From the NCBI GenBank assembly GCA_036337765.1, contig JAYZDP010000161.1, forward strand, positions 3,021 through 67,020: 64,000 nt of DNA, read 5' to 3'. This stretch comes from Acidobacteriota bacterium (lineage in GTDB: Bacteria; Acidobacteriota; Thermoanaerobaculia; Multivoradales; Multivoraceae). The notes below the pieces were generated by a model. The model ran no database searches. It worked only from the letters and a program-made list of their open reading frames with translations, and was not told the origin of the DNA. The position numbers were made by a program, and so were the translations under genes. Shown piece by piece: positions 18,785 to 28,559 of this stretch. How positions within the stretch are numbered: position 1 is the stretch's first letter; every line of letters begins with the position of its first letter.

Positions 18785-19696
18785 ATGGTGCCCGAGCAGC
18801 TGTCGATCGGGGTAGACGCGGGCGGCACCAACATCAAGGCAGTCGCGATCGGTGGGGATGGTGCGATTCGCGCTCAACTGGCGCTGGCGACGCCGCAGGA
18901 CCGCGATGGCCTGATTGATGCGGTCGCCGGGCTGGTGGCCGACGTTGAATCCGAGATCGGCAAGACTGCCGCGAACGTCGGATTTTCTGCTCCGGGGCTT
19001 GCGGCGCGTGATGGCCACTCGATCGCCTGGATGCAGGGGCGGATGGAAGCGGTACAGGGCCTCGACTGGACCTCGGCGCTGGGTCGCGATGCGCCGGTTT
19101 GGGTGCTCAACGACGCTCACGCGGCGATCGTCGCCGAGGCCTGGTTGGGGGCGGCGGTGGGGTGCCGCAACGTGGTCTTGTTCACCCTGGGTACCGGAAT
19201 CGGTGGGGCAGTCATGGTCGACGGACGGTTGCTTCAGGGGCAGTTGGGCCGTGCCGGGCATCTCGGGCACCTGTCGCTCGATATCGACGGCGAACCGGAC
19301 ATCTGCCGAGCTCCTGGCAGCCTCGAGGATGCGGTGGGTGACTGCACGATCGAGGCCCGCAGCGGCGGGCGCTTCTCGACGACCGCGGACCTGGTCGCTG
19401 CGGCCGAGACAGGCGACGAGGGTGCCAGGCACGTATGGAGGCGGTCGGTGCGGGCGTTGGCCTGCGGCATCGCGTCGCTGATCAACGTCGCCGATCCGGA
19501 GATGGTGGTGCTCGGTGGCGGCATCGCCAAGGCCGGGAAGGCTCTGTTCGAGCCGCTCGGACGGGAGATGCAAGACGTGGAGTGGCGACCGGTTGGCGGC
19601 GATGGGGTGCCGATCGTCCCGGCGGCTCTAGGTGAGAACGCCGGAGCGATCGGCGCGGCCCGTTACGCCGCTGCACAGAATAGCGGAGCGACATGA
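18785..19696 (+). CDS. ROK-family sugar kinase (glucokinase-like)
   Basis: IGVDAGGTNIKAV; LNDAHAAIVAE; ROK motif GxGIGGAVMVDGRLLQG..G.AGHLGH. Confidence 0.8.
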   Translation: MVPEQLSIGVDAGGTNIKAVAIGGDGAIRAQLALATPQDRDGLIDAVAGLVADVESEIGKTAANVGFSAPGLAARDGHSIAWMQGRMEAVQGLDWTSALGRDAPVWVLNDAHAAIVAEAWLGAAVGCRNVVLFTLGTGIGGAVMVDGRLLQGQLGRAGHLGHLSLDIDGEPDICRAPGSLEDAVGDCTIEARSGGRFSTTADLVAAAETGDEGARHVWRRSVRALACGIASLINVADPEMVVLGGGIAKAGKALFEPLGREMQDVEWRPVGGDGVPIVPAALGENAGAIGAARYAAAQNSGAT

Positions 19697-20598
19697 GTGA
19701 AGCGACGAAGCAGCGGCCCGTGACATGGGAGGCCTACGAGGCGACCATGGCCCGCATGATCTCGCCGGAGGGGATCGCGAAGGGGCTGGCGTTCCGGCCA
19801 CGGCCAACCGACGTCGTCATCTCGCCCTACTCAAAGAGCGGTACGACCTGGATGCAGCAGATCGTTCACGGGCTGCGCACCCGCGGCGACATGGACTTCG
19901 ACGACATCTCGCGCGTGGTTCCATGGATCGAGACGGCACACACCCTAGGCATCGATTTGGAGGCGGAGCAGGTCAGCGAACCGAGGGCCTTCAAGAGCCA
20001 CCTGCCGGGCGATCTCGTGCCGGCGGGCGCCCGCTACATCGTGCCGTTTCGAGATCCGAAGGACGCCCTGGTGTCGCTGTACCACTTCATGGAGGGGTGG
20101 TTCTTCGCTCACGGGGCGTTCACGCGCGAAGAGTTCGCGCGCGGTCACTTCTATCTGCGTGGGAAGAAGCGGGACTATTGGCACCATCTGCGCACCTGGT
20201 GGGCGCGGCGTGATGAGACCGACGTGATGCTCCTCACTTTCGAAGGAATGAAGGCCGACCTTGCCGGCACCGTGCGGCGGGTGGCAGCCTTCCTTGGGCT
20301 CGACCTGGACCCTGACCTCGAGAGAGTCGTCGTCGAGCAGGCCTCGCTGCAGTTCATGCTGGCTCACAAGGACCGTTTCGACGATCTGCTGATGCGTGAG
20401 CACTCCGAGCGCAACGCGCTCCTTCCAGCCGGCAGCGACTCGGCCAAGGTGCGCGAGGGGAAGGTCGGTGCTTCGAAAGTGGAGCTATCGGCGGATCTGT
20501 CAGCGGAGCTCGAGGAGCTGTGGCGCGACGAGATCGAGGCCCAGATCGGGTTCGCCTCATACGCCGAGGTATGCGACGCGTTAGCGCAGCGAATCTAG
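19693..20598 (+). CDS. PAPS-dependent sulfotransferase (cytosolic SULT-like fold)
   Basis: 5'-PSB loop SPYSKSGTTWMQQIV and 3'-PB motif VPFRDPKDALVSLYHF. ATGA overlap with the ROK kinase stop. Confidence 0.8.
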   Translation: MSEATKQRPVTWEAYEATMARMISPEGIAKGLAFRPRPTDVVISPYSKSGTTWMQQIVHGLRTRGDMDFDDISRVVPWIETAHTLGIDLEAEQVSEPRAFKSHLPGDLVPAGARYIVPFRDPKDALVSLYHFMEGWFFAHGAFTREEFARGHFYLRGKKRDYWHHLRTWWARRDETDVMLLTFEGMKADLAGTVRRVAAFLGLDLDPDLERVVVEQASLQFMLAHKDRFDDLLMREHSERNALLPAGSDSAKVREGKVGASKVELSADLSAELEELWRDEIEAQIGFASYAEVCDALAQRI

Positions 20599-21120
20599 CT
20601 GCACGTCGACCACGAGGTCCAGAGCGATCTCTTCGAGGCTCGCTCGCACGTCGCTCTCGGAGGTGCCGGCCGGCAGGCGGATGGTGGCGCGAGCCTTGAA
20701 GAGCGCCTCTCCCGACATCGGCGCACTCGTTACCTCGGACTCGAGCTCTTCCACGTTGACGCCGTTCGAGGCCAGCGCGGCGGAGATTTCCCGCACGATG
20801 CCAGGCCGATCCTGGCCGACCAGCTCCAACTCGAGCACGGTGCCTGTGGTGTCGAGTTGGTCGCTGGCGCCATCTTCCGGCGCCCCAGCGCCGCCCTTGA
20901 CGACGACCTGAAGGCCATCGCCGAGATCGGCCAGTGCCCGCTCCAGCTCCGACGCCCGGGCGTCCGTGACCGTGACACGCAGGAGCCCCGCGAACTCGCC
21001 GCCCAGGCTTGCCATCCGGCTCTCCTCCCAGTTGCCGTCGTGCGCGGCGACCACGTCGGCGAGCTTGCCAACGAGGCCCGGCCGGTCGGGGCCGATCAGG
21101 GTGAGGACGAGGGACTTCAT
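20581..21120 (-). CDS. Tandem ACT-domain protein (GcvR-like)
   Basis: 179 aa with two ACT repeats (LTLIGPDRPGLVGKLADVV...; LELVGQDRPGIVREISAAL...). Confidence 0.7.
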   Translation of the reverse strand: MKSLVLTLIGPDRPGLVGKLADVVAAHDGNWEESRMASLGGEFAGLLRVTVTDARASELERALADLGDGLQVVVKGGAGAPEDGASDQLDTTGTVLELELVGQDRPGIVREISAALASNGVNVEELESEVTSAPMSGEALFKARATIRLPAGTSESDVRASLEEIALDLVVDVQLDSLR

Positions 21121-21183
21121 GGTGCGGGTAGCGGGAGGCGAGATTGTATCGACCCTCGACGAGCGCCCTCGCTACAATGGGCC

Positions 21184-22382
21184 ATGGCGTTCGACGACAC
21201 GCTGATACGCCGCCTTCCAAAGACAGATCTTCACCTCCACCTGGACGGATCGCTCCGTATCGAGACGCTGATCGAGCTGGCGCGCGAGCGCGGCGTCGAG
21301 CTGCCCTCGCAGACTCCGGAGGGCCTGGCGAGCTGGTCTTCAAAGAGCAGTACGAGGATCTTCCCGATTATCTCCACGGGTTCGCGTGCACCTGCGCCGT
21401 GATGACCGACGAGGAGGCCCTGGAGCGCGTCGCCTACGAGCTCGCCGAGGACAATCTGGCCGAGGGCGTGCGCTACGTCGAGGTCCGATTTGCGCCCCAG
21501 CTGCACGTGCGCAAGGGCCTCGACATCGGCCAGGTCATCTCTGCCGTGGACCGCGGGTTGGCGAGAGCGAAACGCGAGCACGCCGGAAGCGACTCGGTGA
21601 AGCTCAGCGGCGAGCCCGCCTTTAACTACGGCTTGATCACTTCGGCGTTGCGGATGTTTCGCCCCGGCTTCACTCCGTACTACGAGAGCCTGTTCAAGGT
21701 GCTCGACCAATGGCCCGACACCGAGGTCCACGGTGTGGCTTCGCTGTCCCTCGCGTGATCGGTAGTCGAAGCCCGCGACCGGCTCGGCCTGCCGATCGTC
21801 GGCTTCGACCTTGCCGGTGCCGAGGCGGGTAATCCCGCGGTCGATCACGTCGAAGCCTTCGACTTCGCGCACCGCCACTTTCTGAAAAAGACCGTGCACG
21901 CGGGCGAGGCCTACGGCCCCGAGAGCATCTTCCAGGCGATCACCTCCCTGCACGCCGACCGAGTCGGTCACGGTACGCACCTCTACGCGACCCACCTCGC
22001 CGATCAAGAAGATCCCGAGCGCTACGTTGGCCAGCTTGCTCAGTACGCCTCGGACCGTCGCATAACCCTCGAGGTCTGCATCACCTCGAATATGCAGACC
22101 ATGCCGCAGCTCGCCAGCGTCGAAGATCACCCCTTCGGCCGCATGGTCAAGGACAAGCTCTCAGTCACCCTTTGCACCGACAACCGGCTGATGTCACGCA
22201 CCTCGGTTACCGAGGAGATCGTCAAGGCCCACGACGCCTTCCAACTGACGCCGCGCCAGCTCCGGTCGGCGGTGCTCTATGGCTTCAAGCGCAGCTTCTA
22301 CCCGGGGACCTACCTGGAGAAGCGAGCGTACGTGCGCGGGGCGATCGACTTCTACGATCGCGTGATCGAGGAGGACGCCTAA
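21184..22382 (+). pseudogene. add: Adenosine deaminase, disrupted by one frameshift and one in-frame TGA
   Basis: ADA motifs lie in different frames: TDLHLHLDGS in frame 1, then a shift near 21322-21332 to ...FKEQYEDLPDYL...VRYVEVRFAPQ. An in-frame TGA at 21756-21758 is followed by ...GFDLAG.E..., HAGEAYG, DRVGHG and LCTDNRLMS. Confidence 0.75.
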
Positions 22383-22467
22383 GATTCCGGGCTCGCAGCC
22401 GTCACGCGGCCGGCCCTGAGTGGGTACAATCGACGTTCTTCGTTTTCATCACAGAGGAGAGATTCAC

Positions 22468-22950
22468 ATGGCCGTGAAGAGTTTCCCCGTCGAGGCGAGC
22501 CACATCCTGATGTTTGCCCGCGCCGTTAACGACGGGAACCCGATCTACAGCGACGCGAACTACGCGAAGTCCACCGAGCCGGGCAAGGTCATCGCGCCGC
22601 CGACCTTCGTGCAGGCCTCGGCACAATTTGATCCCGACTACCCCCTGCGCCCGCAAGTCGACCAGACTTGGTTCGGCTCCGGAAAAGAAGGCACCGGCAC
22701 GCCTGAACGACAGGGCGGTGGTCCCGGCGGACTGCACGCAGAGCAGGAGTACACTTACCACCGGCAGCTCTCCCCGGGTGACGTCCTCACCGGCGAGTCG
22801 AAGCCTGGCAAGACGTGGGAGAAGCAGGGTCGCCGCGGTGGATCACTGAAGTTCACTGAGTCGATCACCGAGTATCGCGACCAGTCGGGCGAGCTCGTCG
22901 TTACCGCCCGTTCGGTCGGCGTGTTGCCGTCGAAGGTCGTCGAGAGCTAG
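22468..22950 (+). CDS. MaoC-dehydratase N-terminal-type hot-dog protein
   Basis: GAGGAGA upstream of the ATG. FPVEASHILMFARAVNDGNPIY. Paired with the next gene as in split HadAB/Mch-like hydratases. Confidence 0.65.
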   Translation: MAVKSFPVEASHILMFARAVNDGNPIYSDANYAKSTEPGKVIAPPTFVQASAQFDPDYPLRPQVDQTWFGSGKEGTGTPERQGGGPGGLHAEQEYTYHRQLSPGDVLTGESKPGKTWEKQGRRGGSLKFTESITEYRDQSGELVVTARSVGVLPSKVVES

Positions 22951-22962
22951 GGGGATAGGAAC

Positions 22963-23385
22963 ATGGCACTCAAGGCATCCGAGCTTAGCGTCGGCGACGA
23001 GCATTCCGAGCAGGTCGTCGAAAACCTCACCCGCACCCAGATCGTCATGTACGCCGGCGCCTCGGGCGACTACAACCCGGTGCACACCGACGACAAGTTC
23101 ACCCAGGAGATCGCCGGCTATCCGTCGGTCTTCGCGCACGGCATGCTGTCGATGGGCATGACCGGGCGCATGCTCACCAACTACGTCGGCGACGGTCGCC
23201 TCGCCAAGTACGGCGTGCGATTCACCTCACAGGTCTGGCCAGGCGACTCGTTGACCGCGAAGGCCACGGTCGAGGCGATTCGCGAGGAGGATGGTGAGCA
23301 CCTGGTCGACCTCGCGGTCTCGACCACCAACCAGGACGGTACCGAGGTCGTTCGCGGCAAGGCCACGGCCCGCGTCGATCCCTGA
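22963..23385 (+). CDS. MaoC-family (R)-specific enoyl-CoA hydratase subunit
   Basis: 140 aa. YAGASGDYNPVHTDDKFTQEIAGYPSVFAHGM hydratase motif. Confidence 0.8.
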   Translation: MALKASELSVGDEHSEQVVENLTRTQIVMYAGASGDYNPVHTDDKFTQEIAGYPSVFAHGMLSMGMTGRMLTNYVGDGRLAKYGVRFTSQVWPGDSLTAKATVEAIREEDGEHLVDLAVSTTNQDGTEVVRGKATARVDP

Positions 23386-23402
23386 GGACCGGTCTCTCGT
23401 CA

Positions 23403-24740
23403 GTGACGATAGACGGCCGACTGACGCGGCGCGAGGCGCTGGCTGCCGGAACTGCGGTGGTTGGCGTGCTCGCTGGTGGTCGTGCGCGGGCGCAGACTCG
23501 CTCGCGCGTCGCCCTGGTGGGGACGGGCGTTCGCGGCACTTCGCTGTGGGGCCGCAATCTGGTCGAGAACTACGGCGACGCCGTCGAGATCGTCGGTCTC
23601 TGCGACACCAACCCTGGTCGGCTCCAGTACGGGTCGAGCTACATCGGTGCGGGCTGCCCAACCTACGGCAACTTCGACCAGATGTTGGCCGAGGCACGCC
23701 CCGACAAAGTGATCGTCACCACCGTCGATGCGACTCACCACGAGCAGATAGTCGCCGCTCTCGAAGCAGGATCGGAAGCGATCACCGAAAAGCCACTGAC
23801 GACGGACGCGGCGAAGTGCCAGGCGATTCTCGACGCCATCGATCGTACCGGCGGCCGGGTCACCGTGACCCACAACTACCGCTACTCGCCCCATCGCAGG
23901 CGGATCAAGGAGCTGCTGATGGAAAGGCGGATCGGGAGACTGACCTCGATCGACTTTCACTGGTATCTCGACATTCACCACGGTGCCGCCTACTTCCGCC
24001 GCTGGCATGGGAAGGAGCGTTATTCGGGGGGGCTCTACGTTCACAAGGCGAGTCACCACTTCGACCTGCTCAACTGGTGGATCGAGTCGGACCCGGAAGT
24101 GGTGTACGGCCAGGCGGGCCTCGAGCACTACGGTGCCAACGGTCCGTACCGCAGCGACAAGTGCCGTGGCTGCCCCCACGCCGAGCGTTGTGATTTTCAC
24201 TGGGACATCACCTCGTCGCAGCGCATGGTGGATCTCTACGTCGCCAACGAGCATCACGACGGCTACATCCGCGATGGCTGTGTGTACTCCGAAGAGATCG
24301 ACATCTTCGACAAGATGGCGGCCCAGATCCGCTACGTGAACGGAGCCCAGGTGACCTACTCGTGCACGAGCTACTCGCCGTACGAGGGGTACCGCATCGC
24401 CTTTAACGGCACCGAGGGCCGGCTCGAAGCCTGGATTCAGGAGCGCCAGCCCTGGCCGCGCGAGAGCTACGACGAGCTGCGAGTCACTGATAATTTCGGG
24501 GAGACGGAGCTGATCCGGATCCCGCACCGTAGCGGCGGACATGGTGGTGGCGACGTGCTCATGCTGGATCACATCTTCCGAGATTCGCAGGGGACGGACC
24601 CGTTCAAGCAGCGCGCCGACGTGCGTCAGGGAGCGATGGCGGTTCTCACCGGGTTTGCGGCGCGGCGTAGTGCCCGATCCGGGCAGCCGGTGCGGATCGC
24701 CGATCTCACGAGTCTGGTACCGAAGGAGCAGTGGGTATGA
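23403..24740 (+). CDS. Gfo/Idh/MocA-family oxidoreductase with a twin-arginine signal
   Basis: LTRREALAAGTAVVGVLAGGRARA TAT-like leader, then the VALVGTGVRG Rossmann motif. Confidence 0.8.
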   Translation: MTIDGRLTRREALAAGTAVVGVLAGGRARAQTRSRVALVGTGVRGTSLWGRNLVENYGDAVEIVGLCDTNPGRLQYGSSYIGAGCPTYGNFDQMLAEARPDKVIVTTVDATHHEQIVAALEAGSEAITEKPLTTDAAKCQAILDAIDRTGGRVTVTHNYRYSPHRRRIKELLMERRIGRLTSIDFHWYLDIHHGAAYFRRWHGKERYSGGLYVHKASHHFDLLNWWIESDPEVVYGQAGLEHYGANGPYRSDKCRGCPHAERCDFHWDITSSQRMVDLYVANEHHDGYIRDGCVYSEEIDIFDKMAAQIRYVNGAQVTYSCTSYSPYEGYRIAFNGTEGRLEAWIQERQPWPRESYDELRVTDNFGETELIRIPHRSGGHGGGDVLMLDHIFRDSQGTDPFKQRADVRQGAMAVLTGFAARRSARSGQPVRIADLTSLVPKEQWV

Positions 24741-26674
24741 GATGGCGAAGATCTCTCAGAGCAGGTGCTTTCGTTGCCTTGCTGCCAGCGTTGGCGATGG
24801 CACAGACCTCGGCTGGCGATTGGCGGAGCTACGCGGCTGATCACGGCAGCACCAAGTACTCACCGCTCGATCAGATCGATCGGACCAACGTCGATCGGCT
24901 AGATATCGTCTGGCGCTGGAAGAACGTCGACATCGAGCGTGGGGGAGGGGCCGGCGGCCCGTTCGGCAACGTCTTCGAGACCACTCCGATCGCGATAGGC
25001 GGCAAGCTCTACATGTCGAGCGGCGCCGGCCGCGCGGCCGCGATCGACGGCAGGACCGGCGAAACGCTGTGGGTGTTCGAGCCCAAGGAGTTCGGGTGGG
25101 ACAAGGGCGGGCGCGGCTTCGGCATCTCGAGAGGGCTCAGCTCGTACTCGGTCGGTGACGAGGAGCGCCTGCTGCTCACGTCGTTCGGTCATCTGGTGTC
25201 GCTCGACTCGTCGAACGGCCGACCGAAGACCTCCTTCGGCGACGACGGCCGGGTCGACCTGACGATTCTGGGCGAGGGCCGCGAGCCACTACGGAACTTC
25301 TTCTGGACCTCGTCGCCCATGATCTGCGGCAAGACGATGGTCGTTGGCAACTCGACGACCGACCCCTACCACCTCAAGAAGGGTGTGCCTGGCACGATCC
25401 GTGGGTACGACGTCGAAACCGGAGAGATGAAGTGGCTCTTCGACATCATTCCCCGGCCCGGGCAGTTCGGCTACGAGACCTGGGAGAACGGATCTGCCGA
25501 GTACTCGGGCCACGGCAACGTCTGGACCTGGTTCAGCTGCGACGCCGAGCTCGGGTTGGTCTATGCACCCACCTCGACGCCGAACGACGATTGGTACGGC
25601 GGCCATCGCCACGGCGATGGGCTGTTCGGTGAGTCACTGGTAGCCCTCGACCTCGAGACCGGCGAGCGCAAGTGGCACTTCCAAGCTGTGCATCACGGGT
25701 TGTGGGACTACGACTTCCCCTGCGCTCCGCTGCTGGCGGACGTCGTGGTCGACGGTCGGGCGCGCAAGGTGATCGCGGCGCCGTCGAAGCAGGCGATTCT
25801 GTATGTGCTCGATCGCGAGACCGGCGAGCCGATCTGGCCAATTCCCGAAGTGGAGGTGCCGGCCTCCGACGTTCCGGGTGAGAGGGCATCACCCACTCAG
25901 CCGTATCCGACCAAGCCCGCGCCCTACGACCTGCACGGGCTGACGGAGGCCGACCTCATCAGCCTGACGCCCGAGCTCAACCGCGAAGCTCGCGAGATCC
26001 TGGCGAAGCACCGGGCTGGGCCGATCTTTCTGCCTCCCCTGGTGCCCGCGCATGCCGCCGACGGCAAGATCGGGGCGGTTCAGAATCCGGGCCCGGTCGG
26101 CGGCAGTGACTGGAACGGCGCCGGTCTCGATCCGGAGACCGGCATCATCTACATCCCGACCGTCACCGCCCCGATGTCGATCGCGCTCGGGCCCCCTCAG
26201 CGGGGTGACGTCGATTTCATGATCGCGGGCAACGGCTTCCTCGAAGGGCCTCAGGGGCTGCCGCCCACCAACCCGCCGTGGGGAAGCATCGTCGCCATCG
26301 ACCTGAACACCGGCGAGACCCTGTGGAGGGTGGCGAACGGCGACTCGCACCGAGACCATCCGGCCCTGGCCGGTCTGGACCTGCCCGAAGATCTTGGCAA
26401 TCGGGGTCGTGCTGCGCCGCTGGTTACGAAGACCCTGCTGTTTGCCGCCGACGGCTCGAAGGACATGATCGCCGTGCCGCCGGGCGGCGGCGGCCGAGGC
26501 TTCCGCGCCTTCGACAAGAAGACCGGCGAGAAGATCTGGGAGATGGAGCTGCCGGCGGGTGGGACCGGGGCGCCGATGACCTATCTCGCCAGGGGCCGGC
26601 AGTACATCATCGTACCGATCGGTGAGCGGGAGCACGACGGTGAGTTCATCGCGTTGGCGCTCGGAGCCGACTGA
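24731..26674 (+). CDS. PQQ-dependent dehydrogenase (glucose/quinate-type beta-propeller), periplasmic
   Basis: Signal peptide; WRSYAADHGSTKYSPLDQI; HHGLWDYDFPCAPLL; W-docking repeats. Confidence 0.8.
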   Translation: MGMRWRRSLRAGAFVALLPALAMAQTSAGDWRSYAADHGSTKYSPLDQIDRTNVDRLDIVWRWKNVDIERGGGAGGPFGNVFETTPIAIGGKLYMSSGAGRAAAIDGRTGETLWVFEPKEFGWDKGGRGFGISRGLSSYSVGDEERLLLTSFGHLVSLDSSNGRPKTSFGDDGRVDLTILGEGREPLRNFFWTSSPMICGKTMVVGNSTTDPYHLKKGVPGTIRGYDVETGEMKWLFDIIPRPGQFGYETWENGSAEYSGHGNVWTWFSCDAELGLVYAPTSTPNDDWYGGHRHGDGLFGESLVALDLETGERKWHFQAVHHGLWDYDFPCAPLLADVVVDGRARKVIAAPSKQAILYVLDRETGEPIWPIPEVEVPASDVPGERASPTQPYPTKPAPYDLHGLTEADLISLTPELNREAREILAKHRAGPIFLPPLVPAHAADGKIGAVQNPGPVGGSDWNGAGLDPETGIIYIPTVTAPMSIALGPPQRGDVDFMIAGNGFLEGPQGLPPTNPPWGSIVAIDLNTGETLWRVANGDSHRDHPALAGLDLPEDLGNRGRAAPLVTKTLLFAADGSKDMIAVPPGGGGRGFRAFDKKTGEKIWEMELPAGGTGAPMTYLARGRQYIIVPIGEREHDGEFIALALGAD

Positions 26675-26701
26675 AGCCGATAGAAGTGGAGGAACCGACT
26701 C

Positions 26702-27526
26702 ATGAAGCTGACACCCACTCTGATCGCCACCGCGGCCGGCCTGTCCATTGCGGTCTCCGCGGTCGCCGAGTCCCGTTCGTACGTACGCTTCGAGAAGGAC
26801 GGTCGCATCGCCTACGGCCGGGTCATGGGCGACTCGATCGTGGAGCTCGAGGACAACTTCCTCGTCTCGACCCGCGAGTCCGACATGCTGCACCCGCTCT
26901 CGGGCGTCAAGCTGTTGGCGCCGGTGGTGCCGTCGAAGGTCATCGCCGTCGGGCTGAACTACCGCAGTCATCTGGGTAACGCCGAGCCCGCGAAGGAGCC
27001 CGGCCTCTTTTTCAAGAGCCCGACCTCGATCGTCGGGCCTGACGCCGACATCGTGCTTCCTCCCGGCGCCACCAACACCCACTACGAGTCGGAGATGGTT
27101 CTAGTGATCGGCAAGCGCGCCAAGAGTGTCAGCGTCGAGGAAGCACCGAGCCATATCTTCGGCGTGACCGCCGGCAACGATGTCTCTGAGCGGGCCTGGC
27201 AGCGCTCTGACCTGCAGTGGTTCCGGGCCAAGGGCTCCGATACCTTCGGTCCGATTGGGCCGGTGGTCGCCACCGGTCTCGACCCCGACGACCTGATGAT
27301 GGTCGGTAAGCTCAATGGCGAGGTGATGCAGAAGCAGTCGACCAGCGACCTGCTCTTCGGTAGCGCCAAGATCGTCAGCTACCTGTCGAGCTTCCTGACT
27401 CTCGAAGTCGGCGATGTCATCTTTACCGGCACCCCTGGAAGCACGAAGGCAATGAAGCCTGGCGACGTCTTCGAGATCGAGCTCGAAGGGGTCGGGACCT
27501 TGCGCAACCCCATCGCCTCTCGTTGA
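26702..27526 (+). CDS. Fumarylacetoacetate hydrolase (FAH) family protein with an N-terminal signal-like peptide
   Basis: MKLTPTLIATAAGLSIAVSAVA, then FAH core motifs (VIAVGLNYRSH, ESEMVLVIGK, GTPGS). Confidence 0.75.
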   Translation: MKLTPTLIATAAGLSIAVSAVAESRSYVRFEKDGRIAYGRVMGDSIVELEDNFLVSTRESDMLHPLSGVKLLAPVVPSKVIAVGLNYRSHLGNAEPAKEPGLFFKSPTSIVGPDADIVLPPGATNTHYESEMVLVIGKRAKSVSVEEAPSHIFGVTAGNDVSERAWQRSDLQWFRAKGSDTFGPIGPVVATGLDPDDLMMVGKLNGEVMQKQSTSDLLFGSAKIVSYLSSFLTLEVGDVIFTGTPGSTKAMKPGDVFEIELEGVGTLRNPIASR

Positions 27527-27543
27527 CCGCTAAGGAGTCTGCC

Positions 27544-28551
27544 ATGGAGCAGCGATCCCTCGGGCTGACCGGAGCCCGTGTGCCCACCATCTGCCTCGGC
27601 ACCATGACCTTCGGTCTGCAGTGCGACGAAGAGACCTCCTTCGCCATTCTCGATGCAGCGTTCGCGGCGGGAGTCGACTTCTTCGACACGGCTGACGTCT
27701 ATCCGCTCGGTAGCGACCTCGAGCTCAACGGCGAGACCGAGCGGATCATCGGCCGTTGGATGCAGTCGCGCGGCTGCCGCGACTCGATCTTCTTGGCCAC
27801 GAAGTGTCGCGGCAAGATGGGGGAAGGCGCCAACGATGCCGGACTGTCCCGCTACCACATCCAGCGCGCGGTCGAGGAGAGCCTGCGCCGGCTTCAGACC
27901 GATGTGGTCGACCTTTACCAGACGCACTTCTTCGACCCGCACACGCCGATCGACGAGACGCTAGGGGCGCTCGACGACCTGGTGCACCAGGGCAAGGTGC
28001 GCTACATCGGTTGCTCGAACTACCCCGCGTGGCGGTTGAGCGAGGCTCTCGAGGCGTCGAAGCGCCTTGGCCTCGCGCGCTACCAGTCGCTGCAGCCACG
28101 CTACAACCTTCTCTACAGGGAGATCGAAACCGAGGTGCTGCCGCTGGTGCAAGACGCGGGAGTTGGCGTCATCGTCTACAACCCGATCGCCGGAGGGCTC
28201 TTGGCGGGCAAGTATCGGGCCGGCGAGGCACCGAGAGAGGGCACTCGCTTCACGCTCGGGAACTCGGCCGCGATGTACCAGCGGCGCTATTGGGACGAAG
28301 TGCAGCTCGACGCCGTGGACGCGCTGCGAGTGGCGGCGGAGGAGCGAGACGTTTCGCTGGCCACGGTCGCCGTTGCATGGGTCCTCGCACAGCCCGGCAT
28401 CACGTCGGCGATCATCGGTGCATCGAAGCCCCAGCAGCTCGATGCCACTGTCGCGGGAGCGGACCTCGACCTCGACGACGAGATGCGGACCCTGTGTGAC
28501 GAGGTGTGGTGGAAGCTGCCGCGTCGCGAGGTGCTCGAGGGCTATCGTTAG
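27544..28551 (+). CDS. Aldo/keto reductase
   Basis: GTMTFG..., FFDTADVY, DLYQTHFFD, RYIGCSNY. Confidence 0.85.
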   Translation: MEQRSLGLTGARVPTICLGTMTFGLQCDEETSFAILDAAFAAGVDFFDTADVYPLGSDLELNGETERIIGRWMQSRGCRDSIFLATKCRGKMGEGANDAGLSRYHIQRAVEESLRRLQTDVVDLYQTHFFDPHTPIDETLGALDDLVHQGKVRYIGCSNYPAWRLSEALEASKRLGLARYQSLQPRYNLLYREIETEVLPLVQDAGVGVIVYNPIAGGLLAGKYRAGEAPREGTRFTLGNSAAMYQRRYWDEVQLDAVDALRVAAEERDVSLATVAVAWVLAQPGITSAIIGASKPQQLDATVAGADLDLDDEMRTLCDEVWWKLPRREVLEGYR

Positions 28552-28559
28552 AGGCATCC

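Noticed and set aside
21756-21758. The in-frame TGA in add read as selenocysteine or a reassigned stop codon.
   Set aside because: The position is not a redox-active Cys site in adenosine deaminases. I saw no SECIS-like hairpin directly downstream. Many other genes in the window terminate at TGA. A frameshift in the same gene points to decay or sequencing error.
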